Under the pieces are notes generated by a model. It had not been told where the DNA came from, searched no databases, and saw nothing but the letters and a program-made list of their open reading frames with translations. DNA of 23,115 nucleotides from contig JBFMEZ010000008.1 of assembly GCA_040753215.1 (NCBI GenBank), positions 1-23,115 of the forward strand, in the 5' to 3' direction. This stretch comes from Candidatus Micrarchaeota archaeon (lineage in GTDB: Archaea; Micrarchaeota; Micrarchaeia; Anstonellales; Bilamarchaeaceae). Position 1 is the stretch's first letter. Each line of letters begins with the position of its first letter. This document shows positions 8,701 through 17,033 of the stretch, one piece after another. The position numbers were made by a program, and so were the translations under genes.

Positions 8701-9533
8701 ATCGGCTTTATTCCTGCCTGCACCAGGAGGTTTATAATCGAAACCGCGCTCAGCGTATATCCCCTCGCGCCTATGGGCCTCTCGGCCCCGCGCGTATACC
8801 TCGGCGCATAGAATGAAAATAGCGCGAAAGGGTCCCTCCCGGAAGCGAACATCGCCGCCCCGAGAAGCCCGAACACCGCAAGCACCGGCAGGCATAATGT
8901 GAACGCGAGCGCGGTCGCGGAGGTCTCCTCCGGCGGTATGTTCATCGTATCCACAACCGGAGAGAGAAGCACTTCCTCCCCGCCCGCGGTCGCATTGGAA
9001 GGCCACGCCCCCGCATATCCGCCGCACACGCCAATCTCCGTGAAATCCTCAACCGGCGTCCCGAGGCACGGCTCAAGCGTGCACTTCTGCGTGACCGGGT
9101 CGCTGCAGCAGAAAAGCGATTTCACGGTGCAGCCCTTCGCGCAATCATAATCAGAATATGAGAATTCCGCGGTCCCGTTGCTGTCCGTGTATGCCCTGCA
9201 TATATCCACCGGAGTCCCTGTCTCGTCCAGTATCCTGAAGAAAATGGTCGCCCCCTCAACCGCCACCCTCCTCCCTTCCCTCTCCACGGCCATTGAGGCG
9301 GAGACCTTCTTCCCGCTCTCATCCAGGCCTGAGAATAGATACGGGAACTCAGCCACAGCCGGGCACTCTTCGCATGGCTGGCCCGGGATGCCCACAACCG
9401 GCGGCTGGGTGCCTATCCCCGTAGTCGGTATGTCCGGCGTGGGGGCGCCGGGCGGTTCCCCCGGAATCCCGTCCACTGCGAACAGGGGCTGCGCAAGAAG
9501 GAGCAACAGAAGCAGTGCAGGCACCCTTTTCAT
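5769..9533 (-). CDS. Large membrane-anchored protein of unknown function (1254 aa)
   Basis: Signal peptide MKRVPALLLLLLLAQPLFA; Cys-containing Ig-like external part (YTDSNGTAEF); TM segment LAFTLCLPVLAVFGLLGAAMF; Ala/Pro linker; long Ala/Glu-rich, probably helical C-terminal region. Confidence 0.85.
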   Translation of the reverse strand: MKRVPALLLLLLLAQPLFAVDGIPGEPPGAPTPDIPTTGIGTQPPVVGIPGQPCEECPAVAEFPYLFSGLDESGKKVSASMAVEREGRRVAVEGATIFFRILDETGTPVDICRAYTDSNGTAEFSYSDYDCAKGCTVKSLFCCSDPVTQKCTLEPCLGTPVEDFTEIGVCGGYAGAWPSNATAGGEEVLLSPVVDTMNIPPEETSATALAFTLCLPVLAVFGLLGAAMFASGRDPFALFSFYAPRYTRGAERPIGARGYTLSAVSIINLLVQAGIKPIVEAATGEKAKAAEAKAAAAPPAPAGRVTTTPMAAEGRVAPRPGAPSLAPPAPPSPRAAPVAPTGPAAPERAAAPETRAAVLTGGIAQQFMQALFSLLTGDASGFRAFFAQFRGELRVSEADAGMGAGNFFAKLGSIFLTYMIPIWWLGELSAQAIDTALAKGVAGERNRQYCENVIPVMDAGTTVIRDSSGNVTGYRIEFVNPLNGQRVSRTLNREEGELFFLHNKQAPQRIANIYQMNLQVESNRAAVQQVDADFRRNCGSMAEQALQEHRSTVSGEARDAIDTLLDPNKTREEKLAAFETMRRVSGDASEAAVLAGAMLVAGMSYRDLAELAGSSAEVRAFIRMMEKEDFSAHAAEEGGGNLVAAISLAKGTFANILETREGRMGEMDSLGLERVVSHLAGEMGQSPEMGELKFREGTNADLARLAIAGGIAGTATAMEVAGMDYEERVEIADAYGAIIVELEKQLGHPPTPDELREFTPATAEGREIFAKYEAIERYDTLCREVVGVVNGIREAARDPSLLEPSPMGTPPDPAHIGFNSNYGAVVEQCRGSGVAEIAENVLGGRTALQDVPEEMRDRVSAYIALAMVSPESTSLASQAAASAAEGERLRTLGEIAQQYDISRMDMSEMARVLGEDARRELAGAEAAYKEAEEEVQHAVEVLRNSESTLGERQDALRTVYDTFGAELPGAYYTQGKLINLSLTQDEFINLSLAPGSEEYASVADWASQRYNAVVEAHAEEIRPAWERVHFLETAAEMLGREGGPADADWMQWQQTMVGHERAALGAANEAIAAIRENPALAQVAPLLLGGFAETAGAGFQEAYSSYLRAEPGSAEASTAFMQMEREVGGRLASVDHLEHAAGVDVVRDHTFNYLEDLAGGRAVGLETSAAEYAEQWEGTATENHALQLANMQGRIQTEDDFRAFWERVTRVRQEVEGENRETELGALVPREEATAESARADRDRMMGRSSRPEV

Positions 9534-9569
9534 GCCAGGATATTCGGGAGGAATAATAAAAAAGGTTTC
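9534..9569 (-). promoter_or_regulatory. Probable internal promoter for the 1254-aa gene and PadR
   Basis: Minus strand GAAACCTTTTTTATTATT about 20-30 nt upstream of ATG 9533, with no SD motif. The T-run could also act as a terminator. Confidence 0.5.
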
Positions 9570-12500
9570 CTAGGGCATCCCGCCTCCAGGAATGCCCGCT
9601 CCACCGCCGGGCAGCCCTCCCCCCGGGATTCCTCCGGGAAGGCCCACCCCTTCCGCAATCCTCTCCCCGAGCGGAGGAAGTGAAATTCTGCTCCCCTTTT
9701 CCGCCATCAGGCAGTCCATCTGCGTGTCCGTGAACGGGGGCGAATACCCGCATATGGTGGTCTCAGGCGTGGGTGAGCAGGAGTATTCCAGGTTCCCGTC
9801 CTTCCTGAATATCGCGGCATAGGCGGAAAAGCCGCTGCTCTCCAGCCGCGCGTAGGAGAGGTTCCGCGTGGTTGAGGTGAAGCAGGGCACTTTCCCGGAG
9901 TTCTTTATCGCTGAAATCACGTCCTTGTGCAATTGCGGGTTCGCGGCAACATCCGCGCCATCATATGCCTTCGTCTCCTCGGTCCCGTTTGCATAGTATA
10001 TGTTGCATTGTATATCATAATCCCCTACATCGCTTCCCATCACGCAGGCATCCGGGGATACGCAGAAATCCGGCCACTTCACCCTTCCGCCCTCATACCC
10101 TGCGCATGCGGGCCCGGTTCCCTGGAACCTTCCGTTGCATATCCCATCCGGGTCGCCCGGCAGGCAGGGCACGCACTGGCACTCCTCCGTAACATCCATC
10201 TCGGAAATCAGGCTCTTCTTGTTGAACCCGGAGAAATACCTTGAGGCGTGGAAGCTCCCTGCGAACATCTCCCCCCTTTCCCCGAGCACCCCGAGGGGAG
10301 TATTGTACCGCAGCCCCGTATCCACGTCCGATGCCTTTTCCGTAGTCCAGTTTGAATAGATAAGCCCGAGGTTGCCGCTCCTCACCAGGTCCGCGGTATG
10401 CTGGCCCAGGAACACCATGAACGCGGCCGCATCCTCATCGGTCCAGCAGCTGCCGCCTCCCCTCTCAATGGCGAAATCCGTTATTATGATTGGCTTCCCG
10501 AACCTTTCCAGCATCTTTGAGCCGAACTCCATCCTCTCGTCCAGCAGCTTCCGGAACCTTTCGCTCCTGTCTTCCATCTCGCAATGGCCGTTCTCGCCAT
10601 CTATAACCCATTTCTCCGCAATCAGGTCCACCCCGTCCAGATAATCGCATGTAATCTCCCCCTCGTTGCATGTAAAGCTGAGGTTATACTGGTCCGGCCT
10701 GTTCCAGATGAGCCTGCTCGTTGTGGCGTTTTCAACCCAGAAGGTGTTGAGGAGGCTGTTCATCTTCTCCTCATAATCCCTGTCCGCATACCCGTAATAC
10801 CCGGAGCCTATCGCAATCATGCAGTTCGGGCACAATATCTTCACCGCATTGCTCCTGCTCCCCAGCATATCCGATACGTAGGGGCCAAGCACGTTCCCCA
10901 TCCTGTCCGTCTCCACAACCACGACCGCCGCGCCCTGGTTTGAAACAGAATCCGCAAGGTATTTGCCGACGAGCTTGAAAGCCCCGGTTACAGCTCCCCC
11001 GCCTTCGGGCGCAGGGAAGAACCCATATCCCAAGCCGTACCTGTCCAGCAGCGGAAGCCTTTTCAGCCCGGTCTCCGAAATCAGGGGATGCGAAGAGTAA
11101 TCTATCCAGGTTCTTGTAGTATACCTGAACTCAAGCCGCATGTCCTTGTCGCCCCTCCCCGCTTCGCTCTGGAAATTGTACAGCGAGGAATCATCCGCAA
11201 ATATAACCGGAAGCACATTCCTCTTCTCGTAATCCCCTATCTTCTCCCTTAAGTAATACGCATTTGGGAGATAATTCGGCCACGCCTCCCACTTCCCCAC
11301 GCCCCACCCGTCCGGCATCGAGCATATGCTGTCCGTCCATCTGCTGTCCTTCGGCTCCTGCTCAATCACATGGTAGTCCCTCCCCCCGCTCTCCCATACG
11401 CTGAAGCCCTTACCGGCGCTCGCAGCCAGCAGCTCCTCGCCGCCGGAGAGGCGCGGCGGGTTGAAATAATACGGCGTGGTTATGGAAAGGAGCGGGCAGT
11501 AGCTGTTCGGGTAGTCCCCTCCCGCCTCCCCCTCATACCCCGGCTCATCCTTATCGCCCGGCAGCTGCACAATCCTGTCCTTCGCAATTGTAAGGTAGCT
11601 GCACGGCTCGCACATCCCGTAGGCCCTCGCCTCCAGCTCCTCCCCGTCCTCATCAAGTATGCAGTTCCCGAATGCAAGCCGGCTCACGGTGGTTGCGGTC
11701 CCGCCCGGGGAAGGCGGCGTATAATCCACCTCCCTCGCCTCCACCACGAGCGCGGCAGGGGCGACAAGCTCACACTGCCCGTTTGCATCCTCTTTATAGC
11801 AGAAGAATTCCTCCCGCCCCCTTATCCTGTCGCATATCCTGCTGGGGTCGCCGTGTATGTCCTCATCCCCCCATTCATCCGTTATCTCCTCGGCCGGCTC
11901 CCCATAGCACACCGCGAGGTAATTCAGCCCGAAGTCCGAGCGGCCTGTTCCGTCCGCATCCTCAAAGCATTCGTCCACAAAGGTCGTGAAGAACCTCCCG
12001 CACCCCTTCGCGGGGTCGCAGGACCGCCATTTGTCCCTTGAGAGCACCATGTCCAGCGTAAGCGTAGCATTCGAGTAATCGCTATCATCGTATGTGGAGC
12101 TGTAGAAGCTGGAGCTGTAGTCCGGGTACGGATCCGGCCCCCCGAGGTATATTACAATATATTTCTCATCAACGCCATCCCCCCCTTCCAGGTCCGCGGC
12201 CACCATCTTCCCTTTTGAAGGGGCATCCTCCTGCCTGAAGCTGCCGTAGGCACCGTATTCGAACTCCACAACCTGCGCAGAGAGAGTGAATGTTCCCCTC
12301 ACAGTGGCCGAAGGCTTGTCCCACGGGGTTGTGTAATACTCCTGCTTCCCTTCGCACACAATCTCATCCCCTTCTTCCCTGCAGTCGCACAGCGCATCGT
12401 TTTCAGGCCTGTGTGTGTTCGTGCACACGCCCCTCGAATAGAAATCCTTGTTGCACATGCTTGAGATGCAGTCCCTCGCCTCCAGGCATTCGAATTCCGC

Positions 12501-13796
12501 ACCCGGCTTCCACGTGCCGTCCTTTGAATAGTGCCCCACCCTGAACTGGTTCCCGTACACGGAATGGTAGGAAAGCAGCGTCGCATAGGTTGGGCGCGGG
12601 TCCCTCCCTATGGTAATCATCTCTATCGCATCGTCCCCCCACTTGATTAATGGGACTTCCGAATCCTCCCCGTAATAATAATCATACCTGTCGTTTATCT
12701 CCCCCTCCGGCTTCCCGGACTCGTAGAGCCGCCACTCCAGCCCGGTCGTTGCGTCTATCGCATCCCCCTGCGCGAAATCCGCCCCGTAATAAGAGAAGCC
12801 GGAATAGAAATTGTCGTTGAAAATCCCCGCAGCGGCGAAAGCGCCCATCGCCCTGCTCCTGTAGGTGGCGTCCGGGAACAGGGAGGGCGTATCCCTCGTC
12901 CCGTACCTCTCCGAAAGCCCGTAGGAGAACGGGCTTCCCAGCAGCGCCCCATCCTTATACGTGAGGTACGGGTTGAACGCATCCACGGATGCCGGATAGC
13001 CCGCGCCGTCCATCATGCATCTCGTCGCGCAGTCGTAGTAGCTCCATGAGGATATTTCCGGATTGCCCGTGCACTGGAACTGCCTGCTTGCCTCGTCCAG
13101 CCCGCAGAGCATCTCATCAGAGCCCATCCTCCTGTTCGGCACCGCATAGTTCGTGTACCTGTCCACCTCGCCCGCGGGGTTGAGCTGGCAGCCCAAATCC
13201 GTAATCGGATAGTAGAGGGTTGCCTGCTCGAAGTCCTCGAATGAGTTCCCCACCCCGAACCTGAAGGAGTTGAGCGCGAACCCTCCCCTCGTGCTGGAGG
13301 ACGCCCTTATCACAGCGGAGCTCATGTTCAGGAGCCTGCACTCAGCGCCGTATAGCGCATACCTCCCCACATCCGCAATCCCGCCCAGCTCATCGGGCGT
13401 CGCCCCCTCGTCCAGCGTGGTTACCGGCTCGGGCGGCGGCCTCGGGTCGTAATCGAACCTGCCGCAGAACATTCCCGTGCAGCTTGAATTGCACTTTATC
13501 TGCTCCACCTGCGAGCAGACCGGGAGGGTGGCTTCGTCCCCGCCTATCTCCACATCGCAGGTCTTCGCTTCCATGTCGCAGCCGCTTGTAGCGTATTCCG
13601 TGCCGTTCGCAAGTACGCACGCCCCGTCCCCGCTCGCGGGCCCGTAGAGGCAGCACGCATAATACTGGGGCGCGGCGCAGCCCATGAGCAAAAGCGCAAT
13701 TCCCGCCACCAGTAGCAGAACAGTTTCCGGTTTCCTGTTTCCTGTTTCGGAACCGGCACCGGGAACTGGCAATTGGAAACCGATAACTGCCATCAT
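9570..13796 (-). CDS. Large Cys-rich secreted, lipoprotein-like surface protein (~1408 aa)
   Basis: SD GAGGTG precedes ATG 13796/13793. Hydrophobic region ends in lipobox-like LLLMG|C. Many Cys and N-x-S/T sequons, a GH-like segment near the C-terminus and a Gly/Pro tail. Confidence 0.85.
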   Translation of the reverse strand: MMAVIGFQLPVPGAGSETGNRKPETVLLLVAGIALLLMGCAAPQYYACCLYGPASGDGACVLANGTEYATSGCDMEAKTCDVEIGGDEATLPVCSQVEQIKCNSSCTGMFCGRFDYDPRPPPEPVTTLDEGATPDELGGIADVGRYALYGAECRLLNMSSAVIRASSSTRGGFALNSFRFGVGNSFEDFEQATLYYPITDLGCQLNPAGEVDRYTNYAVPNRRMGSDEMLCGLDEASRQFQCTGNPEISSWSYYDCATRCMMDGAGYPASVDAFNPYLTYKDGALLGSPFSYGLSERYGTRDTPSLFPDATYRSRAMGAFAAAGIFNDNFYSGFSYYGADFAQGDAIDATTGLEWRLYESGKPEGEINDRYDYYYGEDSEVPLIKWGDDAIEMITIGRDPRPTYATLLSYHSVYGNQFRVGHYSKDGTWKPGAEFECLEARDCISSMCNKDFYSRGVCTNTHRPENDALCDCREEGDEIVCEGKQEYYTTPWDKPSATVRGTFTLSAQVVEFEYGAYGSFRQEDAPSKGKMVAADLEGGDGVDEKYIVIYLGGPDPYPDYSSSFYSSTYDDSDYSNATLTLDMVLSRDKWRSCDPAKGCGRFFTTFVDECFEDADGTGRSDFGLNYLAVCYGEPAEEITDEWGDEDIHGDPSRICDRIRGREEFFCYKEDANGQCELVAPAALVVEAREVDYTPPSPGGTATTVSRLAFGNCILDEDGEELEARAYGMCEPCSYLTIAKDRIVQLPGDKDEPGYEGEAGGDYPNSYCPLLSITTPYYFNPPRLSGGEELLAASAGKGFSVWESGGRDYHVIEQEPKDSRWTDSICSMPDGWGVGKWEAWPNYLPNAYYLREKIGDYEKRNVLPVIFADDSSLYNFQSEAGRGDKDMRLEFRYTTRTWIDYSSHPLISETGLKRLPLLDRYGLGYGFFPAPEGGGAVTGAFKLVGKYLADSVSNQGAAVVVVETDRMGNVLGPYVSDMLGSRSNAVKILCPNCMIAIGSGYYGYADRDYEEKMNSLLNTFWVENATTSRLIWNRPDQYNLSFTCNEGEITCDYLDGVDLIAEKWVIDGENGHCEMEDRSERFRKLLDERMEFGSKMLERFGKPIIITDFAIERGGGSCWTDEDAAAFMVFLGQHTADLVRSGNLGLIYSNWTTEKASDVDTGLRYNTPLGVLGERGEMFAGSFHASRYFSGFNKKSLISEMDVTEECQCVPCLPGDPDGICNGRFQGTGPACAGYEGGRVKWPDFCVSPDACVMGSDVGDYDIQCNIYYANGTEETKAYDGADVAANPQLHKDVISAIKNSGKVPCFTSTTRNLSYARLESSGFSAYAAIFRKDGNLEYSCSPTPETTICGYSPPFTDTQMDCLMAEKGSRISLPPLGERIAEGVGLPGGIPGGGLPGGGAGIPGGGMP
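13721..13790. repeat. Palindromic heptamer array inside the 5' end of the ~1408-aa gene
   Basis: cagtttc cggtttc ctgtttc ctgtttc followed by ggaaccg gcaccgg gaactgg caattgg aaaccga taactgc. Confidence 0.8.
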
Positions 13797-13955
13797 ATCC
13801 ACCTCGCAGTCAAAAACGCGGGGAGAGCGCTCCCCCCATTTTTAGACGTCATTCTGACCCCCTCCCACTTCACCCTGACACACTTTGGCCGTCTTCTTAC
13901 GCAAACGTAATTTGCTTCGGATATAAAGGGCAGTTTCAGCATCACACCCACCTCG
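13791..13955 (-). other. Intercistronic spacer with a 49-codon mini-ORF, a hairpin and imperfect 16-bp direct repeats
   Basis: catcatatccacctcg (13791-13806) versus catcacacccacctcg (13940-13955); ORF 13942->13793; hairpin at 13812-13843. Confidence 0.45.
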
Positions 13956-14943
13956 TCACCATGCTCAGGAACACCCCGCTCTCCCCGCCAAGAAGCATCG
14001 TCCCGTACCTCACTGCGGTGAGCGCGACCGCGAATGCGACCATGTTCTCGTAGAAGAGCCGCACAAACACCGTGGAGACGAATGAAGTGATATTCCCTAT
14101 GTTTATAAGCATCCCGGAGCTGCCCGCCAGGCTCTGCCCCGGCACCGCGGCTATGGAAATGCCGCCAAACACCGGCATGTTGCACAGGTCCGGCCGCGCC
14201 TGCACGAGCTGCGGCACCTCCGGGGGCGCGCCGAACGTGGAGTCCATCATGAACAGCACGGAGGGGTAGATGAAATACAGGGCCAGCGCGAGCGATATGA
14301 AGAAGCCGCCAATCCCGCGCGTGAAGTGGAATACGCGCAGCACTATCCCCAGCGGCAGGAAAACAGCCAGCATGGTCTCCTTTATGTATTTCAGGACGAA
14401 CATCTGCGCATTTAGCGAAATCATTATGGAGGAAATCTTCGTTGCTATGTAATGGTATGTCTCCACGGTCCTGTGCACAGAGTCGTCCCACAGCCCCTGG
14501 TACACCGGCACCCCGTATGCTGTTATGCTGAGATGGTACTGGCGCTCCGGCCACTTGTCCAGCTCCTTTATCGTATTGAAGAGGTTGTCGAAATACTCCA
14601 GCCTCTCGTCCGTCCTGCACATCGCCGCGCCAATCGGCTCGGTCATCGGCGCGCCCTTGCACGTAATCTGCCCCGGCACAAGCCCTGCAACGAACGCGCT
14701 CCCCGTCTCTATCATCAGCACCAGGAAAATCACCATCAGCGCCGTCGCCGCGAGCTGGAGGAATTCCGAGACTGCATACCTCTTCAACCCTCCCATATTG
14801 AACGCGTATGCAAGCCCGTAGATGATGCCCAGTATAATCCCGGTAACGAGGACCGCAAGCACCGCGGTGAGGAACCACGTGCTGGTTGCCCCCCATCCCG
14901 CAAGGAGCCCGGATTCAAGCGCCCTCGCTATGTCAAATTCCAC
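13942..14943 (-). CDS. Polytopic membrane protein, CedA/VirB6-like paralog 6
   Basis: Shared motifs YGLAYAFNMGGLKRYAVSEFLQ, PLGIVLRVFHFTRGIGGFFISLALALYFIYP and C-terminal LLGGE. Confidence 0.8.
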   Translation of the reverse strand: MEFDIARALESGLLAGWGATSTWFLTAVLAVLVTGIILGIIYGLAYAFNMGGLKRYAVSEFLQLAATALMVIFLVLMIETGSAFVAGLVPGQITCKGAPMTEPIGAAMCRTDERLEYFDNLFNTIKELDKWPERQYHLSITAYGVPVYQGLWDDSVHRTVETYHYIATKISSIMISLNAQMFVLKYIKETMLAVFLPLGIVLRVFHFTRGIGGFFISLALALYFIYPSVLFMMDSTFGAPPEVPQLVQARPDLCNMPVFGGISIAAVPGQSLAGSSGMLINIGNITSFVSTVFVRLFYENMVAFAVALTAVRYGTMLLGGESGVFLSMVTRWV

Positions 14944-14951
14944 ATTCCCAC

Positions 14952-15953
14952 CTACAATATCTGCACAAGCCTGCTCAGGTCAACCTCCTGCCCCAGCAGC
15001 CTCCCGAACTCCCTCGCCGCCGCGGTGATTGCTATTATGTTGAATGCGAAGAGGAAGGTGCTGCTCAGCAAGGCGACCGCTGACGCCTTGAGCGCAGGCC
15101 TGAAGCTGTCTTCTATCCCTGGATAGTCGCTGCCAAGGGGATGCGCGACCACCGAATAGCTGAACTCCGTCCTCCCCGACATGCTATACACCGCATCCAG
15201 CTCGCCCTCCGAAAGCATGGAATACGGGTTCCAGAAAAGCGATTCCACCACCAGCAGGCCCGGGTAAAGGAGGAACACAGCCACCCCTATCGCAATAAGC
15301 CCTCCCCCCAGTTGCCTCATGAAGGGCAGCGAGCGGAATATTATCGCAAGCGGCAGGAGCAGCAGTATTCCGCGCGTTGTGATGAATTTTATGAACGCAA
15401 TCTGTATGAGCACCGTAAGGTATGATATGGTATTCGTATATAACGCAAGCCCGCCCACCTGCATCCAGAGCGTGGAGCCGGAATACGGGCGGTTCGTGAG
15501 CGAGTTCTGCCCGAGGAGGCAGAGTGCAAGCGGTGGGACGCACGGCGACCTGCTGTACCTCCCCGCAATCTCCATCAGCCCGTTCGCCGAGCGCACCGCG
15601 CGCATCGCCTCATCCGAAAACGCCCCGAGGTTCATCAGGTATTTCTCAGCCACATCGTACACCGGCTCGCCCCCGGAGATGGGCGGGTGCGTGTAAAGGG
15701 CGGCGCCCGCGGGCGAAAGCCCGGCAAGGTCCGAATAGCTGAACGTGCAGAACGAGTCGTTCAGGTAGAGTATCAGCATCACCAGGAAAATGGATACGAA
15801 TACCTGGAATATCTCGCCCTTCGCCCACACGTTCAGCCGCGGGTTGGAGAGCGCCTGCCCCAGCGCATAGGCCATCCCGGTCATAATCACCGTAATCCCT
15901 AGCGCGAAGAAGGAAAGGGAATAGACCCAGCTCAAATCTATCGGGCACGCCAT
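14952..15953 (-). CDS. Polytopic membrane protein, CedA/VirB6-like paralog 5
   Basis: YALGQALSNPRLNVWAKGEIFQ, PLAIIFRSLPFMRQLGGGLIAIGVAVFLLYP and LLGQEVDLSRL. Start is 15953 or 15962. Confidence 0.8.
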   Translation of the reverse strand: MACPIDLSWVYSLSFFALGITVIMTGMAYALGQALSNPRLNVWAKGEIFQVFVSIFLVMLILYLNDSFCTFSYSDLAGLSPAGAALYTHPPISGGEPVYDVAEKYLMNLGAFSDEAMRAVRSANGLMEIAGRYSRSPCVPPLALCLLGQNSLTNRPYSGSTLWMQVGGLALYTNTISYLTVLIQIAFIKFITTRGILLLLPLAIIFRSLPFMRQLGGGLIAIGVAVFLLYPGLLVVESLFWNPYSMLSEGELDAVYSMSGRTEFSYSVVAHPLGSDYPGIEDSFRPALKASAVALLSSTFLFAFNIIAITAAAREFGRLLGQEVDLSRLVQIL

Positions 15954-15954
15954 G

Positions 15955-16953
15955 CTATGCAATCCTCGCCAGGGCGGACACGTCCACCTCTGTCCCGAAA
16001 ATCCGGGAGAGCGCCCTTACGCTTGAGAGAGCGGCAAGAAGGTTCACTGCTGTGGTGAGCAATCCTCCGATGAAGAAATGGGAAAGGAGGGGGTTCACGA
16101 GCCCCGGTTTCTGGATTTCGTCTATCATTTCCCACGTGTATCCATACCTCAGCTCGTACGGGTCGCAGACTCCCGCGGTTACCTCCTGCAGCACGGGGTC
16201 CGGCGTATTAATTGTGGGGAAGGAGGCCTCCTCATTCCCGTACGGGCTGTCGTCGTAGATTCCTTTCGTCACAAGGACGGATACCGGATAGATGAAATAG
16301 AACGCGGCGGCTATCGCTATGAGGAACCCTCCCGCCCCCCTCGTCGCATGGAAGGTCCTCAGGAAAAGCCCCGCGGGAAGGAGGACTGGGAAGAAGAAAT
16401 CCCTCGCCATGTAGAGAAGGGCAAGCTGGCTGCTGAGTATCATGAAGGATGTAGCCATCGCCCTCGCGGCCAGGGTCCCGGATGTGACCGGCACCGCTAT
16501 GCTCGCGCACCCGTTGTATGAGAAGGTGAAGCCGAGGAAGGCGCACTGCCCGCTGTATCCCGACTGGACCGCCATGGGCTCCACGACCTCCCTCGCAAAC
16601 CTCATGAGCTGCCCCCACTGGTAGTCCGCCATCTCCTGCGTAACCTCTATTGAGAAGTTGATGTGGGTGTCCCCTGCCCCGAACTGCTCCCCGAGCATCC
16701 CCGCAACAACCGAAGTGCTGAAGCCCTCCACCCCCATGAATATCGCAATTATGACCCCGGTCATGAGTAGCTGGTACATCTCAGATGTGGCCATCCCCCT
16801 CATCTCCGGGGAGTCCGCGACATAGCTCAGAAGGTAGAATATTATGAGCACGCCCAGCCCCGCGACCAGCGCCATGAGGGAGAGCGCCTGCCACTCGTAC
16901 GGCCCCGCAAAGGCGAGCGAAACGAGGGCGAGCGCGAGCAGCAGTCCTCTCAT
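15955..16953 (-). CDS. Polytopic membrane protein, CedA/VirB6-like paralog 4
   Basis: SD GGAGGT precedes ATG 16953 and a signal peptide follows. Motifs YLLSYVADSPEMRGMATSEMYQ, PAGLFLRTFHATRGAGGFLIAIAAAFYFIYP and IFGTEVDVSAL. Confidence 0.8.
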   Translation of the reverse strand: MRGLLLALALVSLAFAGPYEWQALSLMALVAGLGVLIIFYLLSYVADSPEMRGMATSEMYQLLMTGVIIAIFMGVEGFSTSVVAGMLGEQFGAGDTHINFSIEVTQEMADYQWGQLMRFAREVVEPMAVQSGYSGQCAFLGFTFSYNGCASIAVPVTSGTLAARAMATSFMILSSQLALLYMARDFFFPVLLPAGLFLRTFHATRGAGGFLIAIAAAFYFIYPVSVLVTKGIYDDSPYGNEEASFPTINTPDPVLQEVTAGVCDPYELRYGYTWEMIDEIQKPGLVNPLLSHFFIGGLLTTAVNLLAALSSVRALSRIFGTEVDVSALARIA

Positions 16954-17033
16954 GTGAACCAAACCTCCGCATATTCTCTCGCTTTCGCGCCCATACATCG
17001 GGCCCGGAATAGAATCGCTCCGGTTTGCTTCAT
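16950..17033 (-). other. Structured intercistronic spacer with a 27-codon mini-ORF coupled to both neighbours
   Basis: Terminal inverted repeat TGAAGCAAACC/GGTTTGGTTCA (1 mismatch), CATGA at both junctions, ORF MKQTGAILFRARCMGAKAREYAEVWFT. Confidence 0.45.

Noticed and set aside
13793..14896. 367-aa alternative-frame ORF and the many other antisense or shadow ORFs across 5.7-22.6 kb
   Set aside because: They are Arg/Gly/Pro/Ser-rich shadows of GC-rich coding sequence overlapping better-supported genes. Only the last 49 codons of this ORF are non-overlapping and are reported separately.
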